A DNA stretch of 64,000 bases. It comes from Phaeosaccion multiseriatum. Lineage: Eukaryota > Protista > Ochrophyta, other classes. The DNA lies in assembly GCA_965112735.1 (NCBI GenBank), contig OZ218953.1, positions 5,332,001-5,396,000 on the forward strand. Direction: 5' to 3'. Numbering within the stretch: the stretch's first letter is position 1; each line of letters starts with the position of its first letter. Below, piece after piece: positions 61,702 through 64,000 of the stretch. The translations under genes were made by a program, and so were the position numbers. The notes under the pieces are model-generated. The model saw only the letters and a list, made by a program, of their open reading frames with translations. It made no database searches and had not been told where the DNA came from.

Positions 61702-64000
61702 CAGCCTATGTTAAGGGCCTCTATGGAGGGGCAGGGCCACTGCTCCTGTACCCCTACAAGGAACAGGGGGCCAACATGGTGGCTAGCTTCCGCTCCACCC
61801 AAGGCTCGCTGCAGGGCTGCCCCATTGGCGCTCTCATGTACGCCGTCCTCCTCCTACCCATCCTGCGCGACCACAATAGGCTCATGCAGGGCACTGGAGT
61901 GCGAGCCACCGCCTACCTGGATGATATGAGAGTGAGTGGCGCATGCGGTGAGCCGCTCTATCACCGCGCGAACCTGGAGAGCCAGGAGTTCATGGCCCGT
62001 AGGCTTGCGGAGGTCAGCCTCTCCCTCAATCTCACCAAGTGCGTCGTGCTACTGGGGAAGGGGCGGGTGCTGTCACCACAAGAGAGGGCATGGCTTGAGA
62101 AGATGGAGGGGGCGCAGGGGGGCACCAGGTACATCACCCGACTAGCCACTGAAGGGTCTGTAGTGGTGGGAGCGCCAGTTGGCACGCGTGCCTTTGTGGA
62201 ACGCTATATAGAGGAGCAGCTAGGCATGACCAGCGTGATGCCCCAGCTCTGCGAGCTCGCTGGGCGCATGGACGACTCCTCCAGCTCGATGTACCTGGCA
62301 GTCAGGTCGATGACCCCCAAGGCCAACTTCCTCATGAGGGTAATCCCGCCGGACTTCATCCGACCCACCCTCACCCTCTTCGATACTCTTGTGGGCTACA
62401 CAGCAACCAATTCCCTGGATCCAGGGCGCACCTCGGTTACGGCGATCCTAAAGGCACACAAGGCAGCGCAAGAGGAGAGGGCACTACAGAGGAGCAGTGA
62501 CACCTTCCGGATGCTCCCCCTCATGGGTGATGAGCTGCGAGCGAGACAGGCGAGACTGAAGGTGGGCGATGGGGGCTTGGGACTCGTCCCCCAAGCTGAG
62601 CTCTGTGACGCAGCCTTCCTGGCAGGGGCGATGCAAGCCCTCCCCTTCGCCCTCAGGGAGGTGGGACCGCGGAGCAGACAGGCCCTGTCCCAGTGTGGGC
62701 AGGGACCCAACGGATACCATATCCGTGTCATCCACACAGCAGCACGTGTCTTTGACCAACTCCCCAGCGCGCCCAAGGCAGACGCAGCCCAAGGTGCTCT
62801 CAGTCAACAGGAGCGCTTCCTCAAGTCCCTCCCGCGAGGATGGGCTGTGTTGCTCGCCCACGGCCACATCAGCAGACCGGAGGCCCTTCTCCTCCCCAAG
62901 GGGGGAGGCTTGCTGCCAGGGGCGCTCGGGCCCACATACTGTGACCTCCCCCCATGGGCAATCACAGCATCCCTGTACAGCGCGGCGCCAATCATCTCCC
63001 ACCTCAGTGACAGCAGATGGAGAGAGCCATGGCTGATCACCACGCTCTTCCCGGAGAGAGACGACACCCCAGAGCATGAAGGGCACACACCTGTCGGTGG
63101 CAGAGGGGACCAGCCGGCTGCGAGTGATGCCCCCGGGGGGGATGAGACACAATCTGGGGGTGAAGGAGCAGACTTAGACGAAGGGGATAATGTTGGGGCC
63201 GCAGGGATACACCCTGGGGTGGGTGCGGAAGGGTGCGACGCGGCTGCAGGGCAGCAGGGGACCGCAGATGGACCAACCTCTGATAGCGAGGCAGACCCAG
63301 GGGGGGGGAGTGATGAAGACCCACAGGGTGAAAGTGACGAAGACCCAGATGGTGGAAGTGACGCAGCCCCTGAGGATGAGCATGACGTGGAACCAGGCGG
63401 TAGTGACGACGATGATGAGGACGGCCGGCCACGCTGGCGGACAGAGGAAACCAAGATGTTGGACGAGGGAGGACCCTCCATTCCACACAGCCGACACGGA
63501 GAGAGGCGAGGCGCCCAGAAGCGTTATACCAAGCTCCTCACGTCGAAGGCGAGGGCGGACTTCTTGGAACTATTGAAAGCCATTCCACAGCAAGACCAAC
63601 GGGAGAAGTACCTGGCCAGAGCCCTCAGCCACAGCGTGAAAGGTGCTGGTGCGTGGCTCCACCTTCAGCCGACCAAGAAGGCAGGGGGAGCACCACTCCA
63701 CCTCACAGACGCCGAGCACAAGAGTGCCATTCGGCGAAGACTTGGCTTTGACCCCACCTACAGCAAGGACTGTCATAAGTGCCCTGGCAAGGCGCTGACG
63801 GAGGGGCACATCGTCACCTGCACGAAGACGGGGCTCAGCACACCCCAACATGACGCTGTGCAGAAGGCACTTGTCGCCCTGCTGAAGAGCGAGGGCCTGG
63901 GCAGAGGCATCGTCCACAACACCAGCTTCCCCTTCTTCATGAGGGCAAGAACGATCACCCCGCGACGAGGGAGAGGGGGGAGCAACGCCGTGAGGAGTGA
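61563..64000 (+). mobile_element. CRE-clade non-LTR retrotransposon ORF (RT, thumb, zinc knuckle), 5'-truncated, runs off the window
   Basis: Open frame (absent from the ORF track because it has no stop): DAHNAFN, QGSLQGCPIG, AYLDD, LSLNLTKC, VVGAPVG, GGLGL, AGAWL, CHKC...H..TC...QHDAV. Confidence 0.9.

Overview
A GC-rich, intron-dense eukaryotic nuclear segment. The rDNA and a bipartite plastid presequence point to a photosynthetic stramenopile (ochrophyte). Spliced protein genes, in order: a UBA-ARID-PHD-preSET-degenerate SET chromatin protein, a small single-TM protein, ARL1, a PAZ/DUF4708-like protein, ADE2 (PurK-PurE) head-to-head with CMS1, an MFS sugar porter, a PPR pseudogene, an ankyrin protein, MAD1, a SMYD-type methyltransferase and a plastid-targeted tandem GET3/ArsA. 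One complete, apparently solitary 18S-5.8S-28S unit (minus strand, about 42.7-48.5 kb) sits among these genes. An array of GC hairpin + T-tract repeats follows it. Mobile DNA is heavily nested: a 5'-truncated chromodomain Ty3/Gypsy with its 3' LTR, a related solo LTR, and three pieces of a CRE-clade non-LTR retrotransposon (one splits an rDNA spacer hairpin, one has a 140-bp 5' fold-back). There are also two MITE families sharing unusual TCG...CGA termini and exact 6-bp target-site duplications. All calls come from manual reading, and gene boundaries at splice sites are approximate.
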